NCBI GenBank assembly: GCA_951406725.2
Contig: OX597816.1
Span: 67,890,001 to 67,954,000, forward strand
DNA length: 64,000 bases
From: Octopus vulgaris
Lineage: Eukaryota
Direction: 5' to 3'
The notes under the pieces are model-generated. The model worked only from the letters and a program-made list of their open reading frames with translations. It ran no database searches and was not told the DNA's origin. The translations under genes and the position numbers were made by a program. This document shows, piece after piece, positions 27,201 to 40,957 of the stretch (its first letter is position 1; each line of letters starts with the position of its first letter).

Positions 27201-28888
27201 GCCTGACTGGCCCTCGTGCCGGTGGCACGTAAAAGCACCCACTACACTCTCGGAGTGGTTGGCGTTAGGAAGAGCATCCAGCTGTAGAAACTCTGCCAGA
27301 TCAGATTGGAGCCTGGTGCAGCCATCTGGTTCACCAGCCCTCAGTCAAATCGTCCAGCCCATGCTGACATATATATATATATTTCTTTATTGCCCACAAG
27401 GGGCTAAACATAGAGGGGACAAACAAGGACAGACAAAGGGATGAAGTCGATTACATTGACCCCAGTGTGAAACTGGTACTTTATTTATCGACCCCGAAAG
27501 GATGAAAGGCAAAGTCGACCTTGGCGGAATTTGAACTCAGAACGTAACGACAGGCGAAATACCGCTAAGCATTTCGCCCGGCGCGCTAACGATTCTGCCA
27601 GCTCGCCGAGGCGTCAGGAATGGCATCTATCCTCAGAAACCATGCTAAAGTTGACACTGGGGCGCGCCGCAACTCGGTTGATCGCTGGATCCTATCAAGC
27701 AGTCCAACTCCTGCCAACATGGAAAACTGATGATGGTGGTGTTGGTGGTGGGTGTGTGTGTGCGCGCGCGGCAATATGTTTGTTTACATTTGAACTGTGA
27801 AAAGCACTGAGCTATAAGCGGTGACGTATTTATTCCTCCTGTCAATAGGGACTCCACTGGTTTTGCGCCTTCGAAGGCATGTGGTATAGAAGATCCCTTA
27901 TTTGAAAAACAGGAAAGAATTAGCAACATGAAGGGCATTCGGATGCAAAACAATGTTTCAATAATATAATCCTTGAACCCACGCTAGCATGGAAAAACAA
28001 ACATAAAAACGAATGATTCGAGTGAAATTTGGCTGCAATTTCTAGCAGGTCAGACAACCAGATCAAAGGATAACTGTTTTAGTGATAGATATGAAAAATG
28101 TTTTGGGGGCGTGGGGTACCTGCATTTCATTAACATCGTTGTTTGGATACCTCTTACTACTGCTACTACCACTTTCACTTGGAAATCACTAGAATTGTCA
28201 ACACAAAACCAGGCATGTCTTCCCCTAACAATAACAATGTTTTGTGTCCCCTGCTGGAGTCTCTAAACGTTGTTATTGTTTACAATCCCCGCCTACTCTG
28301 TTTAGTTTGGATCAATCGATCAGTCTTATGGTCAAACGTCTTCCAGTTGCGACCATCCCGTTGATACTTTTCAGACAGTATACAATATAACCAATGTGTT
28401 CTGAAGTTTGTGTGCTATTTGTAGCAATTCCAGAGACCATATAAAGGTTGGCTCTGACTGAGCAGACCTAAGATCAAAAGCCGGTCCAGCCACAACCATC
28501 CCGTTTATTTTCAAACAGAGTTTGAAACAACGAGGTTTTAAATATTATCTTGTTTACGATAACAAGGTGTGATTTAAGTGAAGTTTGTTATGCATGTAGA
28601 TTGTCAAACGAAGGAGTTGTTGATAGAACGGCTAAAACGATGACGGTATTTTGTTACTTCCCTTTATAATTTGTGTTCAAATCTTGCAGAGGTCAATTAT
28701 AGCCATTCGCCTTTCCCGGTGGTCAATTAATATTCCTACAAAATCATTTCAGGTGTGAATGGAACTAACTATAAATACAGCACCTAAGACTGAGATCCAA
28801 ATAGAGATGGAGATGTTATAAAAGACCAGATAGAAGTGGGAACGTTTTCGTGAAAGAAGCAAAGTCAGAAACAATCAAAGTACCCTAC

Positions 28889-28981
28889 CTCTTTCTGTTT
28901 CGGATCCTGAGGGTAAACATCAGGTGGACCGAGACGGGGTTTCTTCAGTGGTCGCTGCTCCTGCGACGGATAAGAAGCCAT
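28889..28981 (-). CDS. MED12: Mediator subunit 12, coding exon 1 ([31 protein letters not shown])
   Basis: Matches the conserved MED12 N-terminus ([22 protein letters not shown]); ATG in AAAAATGG context; donor GAG|GTAGGG; 93 nt, phase 0. Confidence 0.96.
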
Positions 28982-29150
28982 TTTTTGTTGTTCTCGTTTG
29001 TAATCTCGTTTGGATGGGATCTCCGTTGAGTTGAGCAACGAGCGAGAGAACACTCTCACTCGTTCGCTACTCAGTCGATCACTCATCGTTGGTTGTTGTA
29101 TTATACTTCCGGTATAGTCCTAACGTCCGGTCCGGTTACGTACACCAGCT
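28975..29150 (-). promoter_or_regulatory. Probable MED12 promoter / 5' UTR with ETS-type site (CCGGAAGT, 29105-29112) and YY1-like AAAATGGC over the start codon
   Basis: Locally CpG-richer non-repetitive stretch directly upstream of exon 1. Motifs read from sequence; function inferred. Confidence 0.5.
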
Positions 29151-30199
29151 GAAGAGTAAAGCATAAAAGCAATGAATCATTATGTTATTTAATAAGAAAA
29201 TTAAAAATAAAATGGTTCCATACATACATTACATTGTATAGTTTACTTATTACTAAATTTGTAAAAAAAAAAATTCTTTTAAATTATTGAAGATGTGTTC
29301 TTCGGATGTAATGACTGGTGATATTTACCTAATAGATTTCGTTTTGTTCACAATATTTCCTTTGATATATTCATATATATTTCTTAATCTTCAAGGTAAT
29401 GGAGAATAAATAATTAAATTCCAAGTTGTTCCCTGATAATTCACTTCCATCATATAAAATTATGTGTGGTGCCTAAGAGAGAGAGAATATATATAATAAC
29501 CTTTTCGCTTTATGGTTTCTTCTTTGGTAGAATCACAATGTCTTTACGAAAGCATTTTAACCATATCTCCCGGTATATCGAAATAATGAAAGCTGTACTG
29601 CAGTACCACATCCATACGTCTTCAATTATATCTCATAAATGTCCCTGCCACCACTTGTCGATTAAGAAGGGGCTAAATAAATTAGGTCAGGATCGGTATA
29701 AAGCCGATCGTGACTTCTGTCGGAAATTCTGCTGTCTCAATACAAGCCATGGAGACTCGTTTGAAAAAAATATCTCACTGCTGCTTATTCACAACTCATT
29801 GTGTGACTGCTGTGATGTTGCTGCTGCTGTTTATACAATAATTTAAACTAAACTATTACTTATAGATATGCAAGTATATGTATATATACACAAAAATAGA
29901 TAAATATATATATATATACATGTAGGAAGTATAAAGACCTCCGTTTATAAACTATCCTACACATGTACACAGGCAGCGCTCACACACAAACACGCCTCTG
30001 CAGATGCTTTCTTCAAATTTTTGAAATAATTGTAAATGCTGTACTTATTATCGTTTAAGTATTTACATTCTTTTTCCTCTCTTATTTAAATTTTCGCGAT
30101 TCTAAATTTTTTTTTTTTTCAGTATCAACCTTTTTAAAATTTTATTTCATGCCGTAATTTTTCAGTCATAAATCAGCAGTAAATTCTAATAGGCATTTC

Positions 30200-31340
30200 T
30201 TTCTTGTCCTCTCTTCCACCTTTATTCTCTCGCTACCTTCTCTTCCTATCTCTTTCAGCCCCTCTTTCTTTCGTCTTTTATGTTCTTTGTCTTGTGACTG
30301 TCCTTCTTTCTTGTTTTCGTTCTTTTTTTCTTCCTCTTTGTCTGTCTTTAGATCTCACTTTCTCGGTATTTTTGTCTGCTCCTTCGTTTCTCTTTGTCTT
30401 TCGCTCTTTTATTTCCTTACTTTCTCTATATCGTATTATTCGAGCCAAATAGGCAGCTATTGAAACCTTTATGTTGTCGCTCGGCCTGCTAGAAATAACA
30501 GTCAAGTCACTCCCAAATAAGGCTTACCATCTTGAAAAAGAACGACACAATGGATACTATATCCTTGAGGGCATTGTGTGTGAGTAAAAGACAATATGGT
30601 TACGATCGGAATATCCTTGACCGTAGATTTACTCGATGAAGCTTGACCGGCAATTAAGCAACCATTATGTCATTGTTCCTTTATCACTTTCTTTGTCATT
30701 AAATTTATTTCCGACCCTTTCTTTTTCGCTCCCTTTCATTCTATTCCTTTGTCTTTTACCATTTCTTTATATTTCCTCATCAAGCCAAAATGGTAGCCGC
30801 TGCACTCGACCTGTTAGCAATATTAATAAAATCACCTCAGAATTACACTGTCACCTCCAATATCTATTGTATGATCTTCTGTTTTCTTCTTTCTTCTCTC
30901 TTATTCGCTTTATTTTTCCCTCCCATTATACGTCTGCTGCTTTTTCACATTCTCCCTCACTCTTTCCTTCACTCATCGCGCTTTATTTCTCTTTCTTAAA
31001 TCTCTCTCTCTCTCTCTTTTATTTCCCTGCCTGTCTCTCTTCTCGCTCTCCCTTCCCTCCTCTCTCCATTCCTTTCTTTCTCTATCCTATTTCCCTTCTC
31101 TCTATCTCTCACACGTTCTCTTTCTCACACACGACTTACATTCTCCTTCTTTCTCTTTTTGATTGCTCTTCCACACATTCCCATTGTTTTCTTTCTAAAT
31201 CGTTTGTCCTTCCTATCCGCCTCTGTCTCTCTATCTCTTTCTCTTTTCCTCACTTTTCCTTCCATATAGCTCTTTGTCTCTTTCTCTCTTCCTCTAACGT
31301 CTAGCCTTTCATCTCTCATCTCTCTTTCAACTTTTCTTCA
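30200..31340. repeat. CT-rich low-complexity region
   Basis: Degenerate (CT)n/(CTT)n; explains the F/L/S-rich spurious ORFs. Confidence 0.8.
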
Positions 31341-32059
31341 CTACTGCTATTTATTGAACCCGCTCAGTTATTTCCATATATTTCATTTATTTTCCCCATC
31401 TTCCAAATCATTTTGACAACTTAATACTCATAACACGTTTATATGTTTGTTTACCTCCATCGCTACAGCACTCGGGAAGAAGTGTGTTCAAGGGCGAGGA
31501 ATTATAAGCCGAATCTATATCGACATCTAAAAACATTAAAATTAGACGTGCCTCGACATGGTCGCCAGATCGGTTAAAAACAACAGCCAAATTTCTCTTT
31601 AAAGCACCGATCCCACCCTAATTAGCTTAAAAAGAGAATGCGTAGAATATAATATAGATTTAGACTAGATTCCAGGAGTCGAAGACTTAAGATCTCATGG
31701 TCATGGTTTACTTGTTTAAAGTTGACTTGCATTATTTAGCACAAGTACCACGGTCGTGCCAACGAAGGACACTGAGCATTCAAATTGCTAGAAAGGACAG
31801 TAAAATCTCAATCAAATTATATGCTATTATCTTCAAAAACAGGGCGTAGATAATGCAGTCCTATAGAAGACTGGATAGTCACCGATAGAATGCTTTTCAT
31901 CATCTGTTCGTTCTTGGAGTCATGTGAACTGAGTGACAGAATACGGTGTCAATGTCCTCGATGAGTTCAAGCGAACAGTGGAGGTGGCAGTGGTGGTGGT
32001 GGTAGTAGTAGTAATTGCTGGAAGAAAATAAGACGGACCAAGGTCAATAATCTTTTCTA

Positions 32060-32810
32060 CTGTAGGCACAAGGCCTGCAATTTTGGGGGGAGGGGCCAGT
32101 CGATTAGATCGATTCAGTGTACGCAACTGGTACTTAATTTATCGACCCCGAAAGTATGAAAGGCAAAGTCAACCTTGGCGGAATTTGAACTCAGAACGTA
32201 AAAATAGACGAAATACCTATTTCTTTACTACCAACAAGGGGCTAAACACAGAGAGGACAGACAAACGGATTAAGTCGATTATATCGACCCCAGTGCGTAA
32301 ATGGTACTTAATCGACCCCGAAAGGATGAAAGGCAAAGTCGATCTCGGCGGAATTTGAACTCAGAACGTAGAAGCAGACGAAATATCGCTTAGCATTTCG
32401 CCCGGCGTGCTATCGTTTCTTATTTCTTTATTGCCCACAAGGGGCTAAACATAGAGGAGACAAACAAGGACAAAGGGATTAAGTCGATTACATCGACCTC
32501 AGTGCATAACTTAATTTATCGACCCCGAAAGAATGAAAGGCAAAGTTGACCTCAGAACGTAAAGGCAGACGAAATACCTATTTCTTTATTACCCACAAGG
32601 GGCTAAACACAGAGCGGACAAACAAGGACAGACATAGGTATTAAGTCGATTACATCGACCCAGTGCGTAACTGGTACTTATTTAATCGACCCCGAATGGA
32701 TGAAAGGCAAAGTCGACCTCGGCGGAATTTGAACTCAGAACGTAACGACAGACGAAATACCGCTAAGCATCTCGCCCGGCGCGCTAACGTTTCTGCCAGC
32801 TCGCCGCCTT
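32060..32810 (-). repeat. Head-to-tail cluster of four family-B SINE units
   Basis: Repeated ATCGACCCCGAAAG...AGGCAAAGT blocks near 32141, 32311, 32518 and 32685. Confidence 0.85.
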
Positions 32811-34599
32811 GGACCAAGGTCAATAATAAACAAAGATTGTTTTTGTTGTCCTTCATGGAGCAGACTTACTATCAAAGGCATTCTTCTTTATGGAAGTATA
32901 CAGGACTATGTTATCTTGCGCCATTACGTTCTGAGTTCAAATTCCACCTGGAGTCGATTCTACCTTTTATCCTTTCGGGGTCGATAAGATAAGTACCAGT
33001 TGAACACTGGAGTAGATGCAGTCACCTTACTCCCTGCCTCGAAATGGCTGGTCTTCTGTCAAAATTTGAAGCCATTATTTAAGATAATATATAAGGCGGC
33101 GAGCTGGCAGAATCGTTAGCACGCCGGGGAAAATGCTTAGCGGCATTTCGTCTGTCTTTACGTTCTGATTTCAAATTCTGCCGAGGTCGACTTTGCCTTT
33201 CATCCTTTCGGGGCTGATGAAATATGTACCACTGGGGTCATTATAATCATCATACTCCATCCCCGAAATTTCTGGCTTTGTGCCAAAATTTGAAACCATT
33301 AAGGTTGTGATTTGATAGAGGTTTTTTAACTGTTGTTTCTAGCAATGAATCGAAAAAGTTGCCCACGGTTGGTCTAAAGGCTCTTGTGTGAAGTTTTGTC
33401 TATCTGGTCGACATTTTGTCCGCAAGGAAAACGGGCACGTTCTAAAGACGAGGGTTCTTAAACGAAGGTACGGGCAGCGCCGCCTTGAGGTATGGGCACA
33501 TGGATAGTTATTTGGAGGGAGGAAGGTTCATGAGTGTAGGGAGATCCATGCTAATCTATGTATTCTTTGGTTATGTATATACCTCTTTGCCAGGGGTTGT
33601 ATAATGCTGTTATGGAAATCAAAGGCTGGAAGTATGTGACTCGATCCCGAGTATCGTAACACTTTTATTAACGACGTTCGATAACACTGTGTAACAAAGT
33701 TTTTATTTTTATTTTACTTTATTTTTTTTTTGTCTTTAGTCAGTAAGTTATATTTCCTGTTTGCTTCTATCTAGAAATCAAAGGAAATTACTACTGTTCT
33801 CTTGAAACTTTGCTTTTGTCCCCTGGACATCAATGTTTTGAAACTGACCTATTTTCCATTACATTTCGCACAGATTCAGCGCGGAGTTGCTGAAGCAGAA
33901 ATATAATTTTAGCAAATATTCTGTTCAGTATCACAGACTTGCTTGTCAGTTACTTGACCTTAACCACTTGAACATAACCCTTAGTGGCTGACAGTATGTA
34001 CACCTCTGATCATGGACAGGAATAGTAGGGGAGCCTAATAGCTACGAGTTGAGAAAGATTCTTTTGGATTTGAATAAATGTAACAAAAGCAAAGTTTGAA
34101 GAAACATTAGCTATTTTCCCATCCTTTCTCGAGATAAGCAAACGGGAAATAACAGTTGCTACCCAAGGAAAAATTCAAGTTATACAGAGAAATTACAACT
34201 TGAAAGACTGACAACAGTTTCCTAGAAGTTTACCAACAGCAAAGTGCGTTGGCGTGATCGGAGACAGAGAGTTCGATGCCTTTCCAATAGCTCCATTTCT
34301 TTTATACATCGAATCAATGTTTCATCATTGCATAAGAGAGATGTGACTGATACCGCGTCTTCAGAAAAAAATGTTTGTTGGATAATATTTTTATCAGGTC
34401 ATTAAGAATGAAATGTCCGATTTTCTTATGCACCAAGTTTGACATTAATTAACTATGTTTTATCCTGATAGTTCTTTGCTTTACAACATTGAAGAATTAC
34501 ATCATAACTTTTCGAAATGCAATTCATGGTGTCTGATTATATTGTGAGCTTTCTCTTGTAAATAATTTTTTGTGAACCTATGGATAGATCAAAAATTCG

Positions 34600-34821
34600 T
34601 GTTGTCTATGAATATGATTTCCGTCGTGGAACAAATGCATCCCAAACAATTCGAAACATCAATGAGGTGTTTGGTGAAGATGTGGCGAATGAGCGCAATG
34701 TACGTTGATGATTTGAGAAGTTCCGGTCTGGTGACTTTACTCCTGAAAATCAGGCCCGCGGTAGTCCTTAGACGAAGGTGGATAATAATGAGGTGGAAAC
34801 TTTAGAGGAAGCGGATACATC
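34600..34821 (+). mobile_element. Mariner transposase N-terminal fragment
   Basis: Translates as YEYDFRRGTNASQTIRNINEVFGEDVANE...FEKFRSGDF (HTH region), with stops. Confidence 0.7.
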
Positions 34822-35258
34822 GGATCTTTTCGGTTTGAACGGCAGTTTTTTCTAGCGGTGTCATATGAAAATGTCACCCATAATTATGACCCTAGTATCG
34901 ATCTATTGCATTTCAATCTGTTTTAGAGTTAGGGTTAGGGGTGGGGGAAAGAGTATCTTTTTTTCTTCACAAATGTAAATAAACCCAATCTGTTTCTTAA
35001 ACGAGGGACATATTCAAACGGCACAGAATGCTGTTTTACCTCAATAGAGGTCATTGATTGGTTGAAATTGCAGAAACTGAAAAAATAAAAACAACAAATA
35101 TTTTACAAACTATAGAATTTTCTCAATAAAGCCAAGAGAAAAAGAGGCGATCTGGCGATAAGATGTTTTATAAACACATTCTACCAGTATACGAAGTTTA
35201 AAATTTTTTAGTTACCTAGAAATTATGTTAAAAACTGCCGTTCAAACCGAAAAGATCC
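34822..35258 (+). mobile_element. MITE with ~28-bp TIR (GGATCTTTTCGGTTTGAACGGCAGTTTT), 8-bp TSD and internal TTAGGG repeats
   Basis: Perfect TIRs; TSD GATACATC at 34814-34821 and 35259-35266. Confidence 0.92.
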
Positions 35259-35504
35259 GATACATCTTAATTCATTTGTTCCAGAATTAAAAAAAAAAAA
35301 AGGGTCAGAAGTTTAAAGTTTGGTCATTTTTACCCAGTCAGAAAAACAGCATTTGGAAGCTGTCATTTTGTGCGTGACTTCAATCATAAGACGACAAAAC
35401 AATTATGTCAACATTGCGACGATAGCACGTGTTTTAAGCATTTAATAAATAATTATTATTGTAAATAATAATCATTTAATCAATCAATCAATAATGTATG
35501 TATG

Positions 35505-35790
35505 TCACCGTGATCACCGTGGCTCTCAGATGTTGCCACACACCGCTGGTCACAATGCACTTCACATTGTTTTAGCCTTCAAATGACGCCACCCCACTGG
35601 CTAAGCGAGTCGGCCAACAGAACGAGTGAGAGAAAGTTGTGGCGAAAGAGTACTGCAGGGATCGCCACCACCTCCTGCCGGAACCTCTTGGAGCTTTAGG
35701 TGTTTTCGCTCAATAAACACTCTGGGAATTGAAACCGCTATCTTACGACCACGAGTCCGCTGCCCTAACCACTGGGCAATTGCGCCTCCA
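35505..35790 (-). mobile_element. SINE family C, tail type 3
   Basis: Reverse complement begins GGAGGCGCAATTGCCCAGTGGTTAGGGCAGCGGACTCG; tail ...GGCGTCATTTGAAGGCTAAAACAATG differs from types 1 and 2. Confidence 0.8.
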
Positions 35791-36477
35791 CATGTATATG
35801 TATGTGTATATGTGTGTGTGTATATATATATATATATATGAATAAGTTTTATCTTTTTAATTCATCTTTTATTTCCTTAAACCATAAGGCGCAGCATGTT
35901 TTTTTAAATTTTTATTGAAGCACATCATATCTGTCTGTCAAACATTAAAAGCAATACCCACTAAGTTCATTTCAATCATTTTTAACAGTAAAGTTTTGAT
36001 TAAATGACTGGATATCAAAAGAATTTTTTGAAATTCCGTTTGTTGACTTACATCGTGGAATTTTCACGGGTCCCGTTAGTCAAGATATGAAAACGAGAAA
36101 AAAACCCCCAAAAAACTTGAAACATTTGAATAGCAGTCTAAGGGACATAACTCAGTATGAACCATTTTATTTAACCTGATACTAACGGTCGCTTCTGAGC
36201 GTAATATTGTAATATTGGTTTCAAATTTTATCACAAGGCCAGCAATTTCGGTGCGGGGTTGGGGTGGGGAAATTGATTATTCTACTGGTACTTTTATCGA
36301 CTCCAAAAGGATGAAAAACGAAGTCGATCTCGTCGTAAAGACGGATGAAATGTTGCTACGCATTTCGTCCGGCGTGCCAACGATTCTGCCAGCTTGCTGG
36401 TTTAATGAATCAGAAAAAACATATTTGCTTGCTATTTCTAGCACAGCTTGCTATCAGGTGAGCGTGTGCTTTGCTTG

Positions 36478-36512
<35 letters not shown>

Positions 36513-36517
<5 letters not shown>

Positions 36518-36995
36518 CTTTACTCACCATAAGGTTGAGAAAAAGAGGGGACGATACGAGGACAGACAAAACAAACATTGGGGTCAGGGTATCGAATGAG
36601 ACGAAACGTATGAATAAACAAACAGTTAAAATATATACAATTAAATGAGAATGAGTGATTAACAAAAATGAAGCGGAGGACGCGGTTGACCCCACAAACC
36701 ACATACTCACACTGAAGACTTTGCTTTCTCCTTTTATATATTCTCGTTTAAACAGGTTCTTTCACCCGCAACATACTTGCTATAGACTTCCACCTTTTAC
36801 GAAACACACTTTGCGACAGGCATTTCTTCTCCAACTTTATTTTCCGTTTCATGTGGGAAACGAAAAAGTCGATTAGCTCGAGACTGGAGATGAACATGCC
36901 TGTTGCAATTCCTTTCACTCCCGTCTTCCATACTACCTCTTTCGCCACAGCAACTACCGAGAGAAAACAGGCTCGCTCCTCCCTATTCAGGGAGG
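36513..36995 (-). mobile_element. 5'-truncated copy of the same Tx1 LINE (ORF2 C-terminus + 3' UTR) ending in (TC)n
   Basis: Near-identical to 48628-49092 (LNREERACFLSVVA...RVKEPV); GA run at 36482-36512. Confidence 0.93.
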
Positions 36996-37038
36996 TCAGT
37001 GACTGACAGATGTGTACTGTATGCAATACTACCTATAG

Positions 37039-37420
37039 GGAGGCGCAATGGCCCAGTGGTTAGGGCAGCGGACTCGCGGTCATAGGATCGCGGTTTCAAT
37101 TCCCAGACCGGGCGTTGTGAGTGTTTATTGAGCGAAAACACCTAAAGCTCCACGAGGCTCCGGCAGGGGATGATGGTGATCCCTGCTGTACTCTTTCACC
37201 ACAACTTTCTCTCACTCTTACTTCCTGTTTCTCTTGTACCTGTATTTCAAAGGGCCGGCCTTGTCACTCTCTGTGTCACGCTGAATATCCCCGAGAACTA
37301 CGTTAAGGGTACACGTGTCTGTGGGGTGCTCAGCCACTTACACGTTAATTTCACGAGCAGGCTGTTCCGTTGATTCGGATCAACCGGAACCCTCGTCGTC
37401 GTAACCGACGGAGTGCTTCC
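37039..37420 (+). mobile_element. SINE family C, tail type 2
   Basis: Same head as 9107; tail ...CGTCGTAACCGACGGAGTGCTTCC; near-identical to 42280-42658. Confidence 0.87.
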
Positions 37421-38058
37421 AATCCAAAACTACATATAGACGCAAATATGCACAGTTGTAAACCAAGGCTGTATTTCAATTGGTGTTTGTAACTATTGCA
37501 ATTTCTGAAGTGTATCATACAACTAATGGAAGAAAAGCCGGAGAAAATAATTTCCAACATTTTAATAGACACAAAAGTATGTTTTATTTAAACATCCACC
37601 GTATTTATAGTCATATTCATTCGTTATACGTATGAACAACCGTTAAGGCGCAAAATGCTTCATTGCATTTCTTCCGACTCTTTACGTTCTGAGTTCAAAT
37701 TCCGCCGAGGTTGACTTCGCCTTTCATCCTTTCGAGGTCAATGAAATAATTACCGGTTGAATGCTGGTGTCGTTGTAATCGACTTCTCTTCCTTTCAATA
37801 TTGCTGGCCCTTTTAAAGAGTTAGGATGATTTCGTGTTCATCACATTTTATTGTTATTTAACGTCACATTCTCTTTCCAGTCACAAAGTTTACAATAAAG
37901 TATTCTGTGTGAATGCATCGAGAGAGAAGTATATGCTTCTGGTCGGAACCCTCCAGGTTCGTTGTACGGTAATTGCACGGTTAGAAGTTCATAACGTTAC
38001 AGTAACACTATCGTACATCTTGTAACTACGTTATGCTACCAACCAACATGTCACAGTA

Positions 38059-38570
38059 CCGTAAATCCTCGAGTATAGTCCGCCCTTGAGTATAATACGC
38101 AGGGAATTTTTAGGAGGCTGTACCTCTGAAAAACCTAAACTTTGTGTATAATACGCACCCCTTCTCTAACTTGAGTCAAGGAGGTCTATATAACGTCCCT
38201 GGTTTGTAAACATGTATACGGTAACGTCCTTTATTATTATTGTATATATAACATAATGCAAACGTGTTGCTTTTTTGTGCATTTTATTTGCAGAAAATAA
38301 AGAAATAACAGTAATAACGTTTGATAAATGTTGCTTATTGCAAGTTATGGATGATTCTTTTATGACTTCATTGTTTTCAGGGTTAGCTTAAGGTATTTTC
38401 GCACCCGACATCACAAAATGCGTTTGAATAAACATTGCCGGACAGCAAATAGAGTCTCGGATATTGCTTAGAAAATAATTTTCATTTTTAACCTCGTATA
38501 TAGTACGCACTAGGGACTTTGACCTTTAAATTTTGGGGGAAAAGTGCGGATTATACTCGAGGATTTATGG
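38059..38570. mobile_element. Tc1/mariner-superfamily (pogo/Tc2-like) MITE
   Basis: TIR CCGTAAATCCTCGAGTATAGTCCGC / GCGGATTATACTCGAGGATTTATGG with TA on both sides. Confidence 0.85.
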
Positions 38571-38754
38571 TATTTAAGAACTCAAAGGTGCATAAAACAA
38601 CCCCACAATCACCAATAACAAGGTGAAGATGGCTCTCATTTCACACTAGTCTTCTGATGTTTAGGTGAGCGGCCCCTGGTATACACATTCCACGACTTGT
38701 AATCGCTGCGGGAAATGTTTGAAAAACCAAGGCTCCAAAGAAACGTTATTGGTA

Positions 38755-38828
38755 TTCATCTCATTCGATTTCTCGACCCCTTGTCTGTCCTCTCCTTGTT
38801 TCTACCTTTATGGTAAATAAAAAAATCA
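38755..38828 (+). mobile_element. Very short Tx1-type 3' tail insertion with 10-bp TSD
   Basis: TCTCATTCGAT...GACCCC..TTGTCTGTCCTC...CCTTTATGGTAAATAAA resembles the LINE tail; GTTATTGGTA at 38745-38754 and 38829-38838. Confidence 0.65.
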
Positions 38829-39165
38829 GTTATTGGTACTGTGACGTCATAATCAAAAGAAAGAAACATTCATGTTTCTTTGGACAAGATAAATAATTAT
38901 AAATTTTTTTGTAAGCGCGCGTACACACACACACACGCACGAATATATACATTTACGCTTTTACTCTTTTAACTGTTTCAGTCATTTGACTGAGACCATG
39001 CTGGAGCATCGCCTTTAGTCGAGCAAATCGACCCCAGGACTTATTCTTTGTAAGCCTAGTACTTATTCTATCGGTCCCCTTTGCCGAACCGCTGAGTTAT
39101 GGGGACGTAAACATACCAGCATCGGTTGTCAAGCGATGTTGGGGGGGACAAACACAGACACACAA

Positions 39166-39213
<48 letters not shown>

Positions 39214-40957
39214 GTATATATGCATATATACGACGGGCTTCTTTCAGTTTCCGTCTACCAAATCCACTCACAAGGCTTTGGTTGGCCCGAGGCTATAGTA
39301 GAAGACACTTGCCCAAAGTGCCATGCAGTGGGACTGAACCCGGAAACATGTGGTTGGTAAGCAAGCTACTTTATATCATAAAAATTTGCTATAAAGGCAT
39401 TAGAAAGGAAGGCAGATGGTGCCCGCCGACCCTCTGCTTCTCTAAAACATTATTTTTTAAAAAATACATACACCGAGGTAATGACCCTCTTACAATTCAA
39501 AAACACAATTTCTTTGGACCAAGAAGTCCATACAACCAAAATTACAGTTTATACACAAATTAGAGGCAATAAACCTCTACAATTCCTCCCCTAGCAAATC
39601 TCGTGCAACTTGCAGGCACTGTTGCAACCAAAATCTGGGGCTCCAACAGAAAATTCTGAAATTCTCGCCTTTACACGAATCAATTATACTGTTACACAGC
39701 CTTCTCTCCAGCACCAGAGCAGCCACCTGCGATGGCCATACAGCCATATATCCCTAGGTATTTATATGTGTATTAGTTTCGAATTTTGACACAAGGCCAA
39801 CCATTTAAGGGGAAAGGATATATTCCATCTCAGTCACAGATTTTTTTAATCGATTATATCGACTCCAGTACACAACTGTTACTCATTTTATCGACCCCAA
39901 ACAGATGAAAGTCAAAATCGACCTCGGCGGTATTTGAACTCAGAACATAAAGATGTGCCAAGTGTGCTAACAATTCTGCTAGCTCGCCGCCTTATTTATA
40001 TGCATATTAATCTGTGTATGATATACAAATATTCATATATACGCGTTTGGTTGTCTCGCCCTATCGCGGTTTATAATTTAAACACCAACCTCCGTGGTGT
40101 TGTTTTGCATTTATAATAAAATAAATATATACAAGTTATAAAAATAATAAAAAAATATACTGTATAGTAGTTTCTACTTCGCAGATTTTCATCTGTCGCG
40201 GAGGTTTTTGGAACGTAACGCCCGCGAGAGTCGAGGGATTATTGTATATATTAAATGTATGTGAGAGAAAGATATGGAGAAAGAGAGTGTATGTATATGT
40301 AAAAATAAAAGATGGAGATTGCATGCAAAAGTGAGTGTGTGTATGTGCTGCACGTAAGAGAAAAGAATGTGGAAGAAGAAAAGACAAAAATATTGAGTGA
40401 GATTGTGTGATGGAGAAACAATGTGTGTGTGTGTGTGTGTGCTTGTTCACGCGTGATGTGTTGAACATTTTTTGAAATGATGTTTGATCTCGAGGTCAAC
40501 TGCGTTCGGGTCGATTTAATTATGAAAGACGTTTCAACCGTGTCCATCCTATCGTTTCATATATTTCCGACATATCATAACGAGGATACATCATCTGTGA
40601 ATGCCGTATTATTATTTTTTTTAAATATCAGGTTGGTGCGAAAGTAAAATCCGATTTAAAGATCTAAGGTAAAAATGAATAAACCAATACCTATGGAAAT
40701 ATTTATTCATTAACATACTCTCCTTGCTTTCAATGACCTCATTCCATCTTTCAACAACCTTATAAATGGCTCGCTTTTAAAATTCTGTAGGTTTAAAACC
40801 AAAATATGAATCCAACTCACTTTCAATCTCTTCTCTTGTTGGTAACCTAAGTCCATTGAAATGGTTCTGTAGTCCTTTGAACAAATGGTAATCAGAAGGA
40901 GCAAGGTCAGGAGAATATGGAGGATGAGGCAGTATTTCCCAACCAAGTTCTTCCAAG

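Noticed and set aside
30636-31304. 222-aa ORF rich in F/L/S
   Set aside because: Arises from CT-rich low-complexity DNA that lacks stop codons; no domain or splice support.
37039-37115. tRNA-like sequences with A and B boxes
   Set aside because: They continue into SINE bodies and tails, several with TSDs, so they are SINE heads and not tRNA genes.
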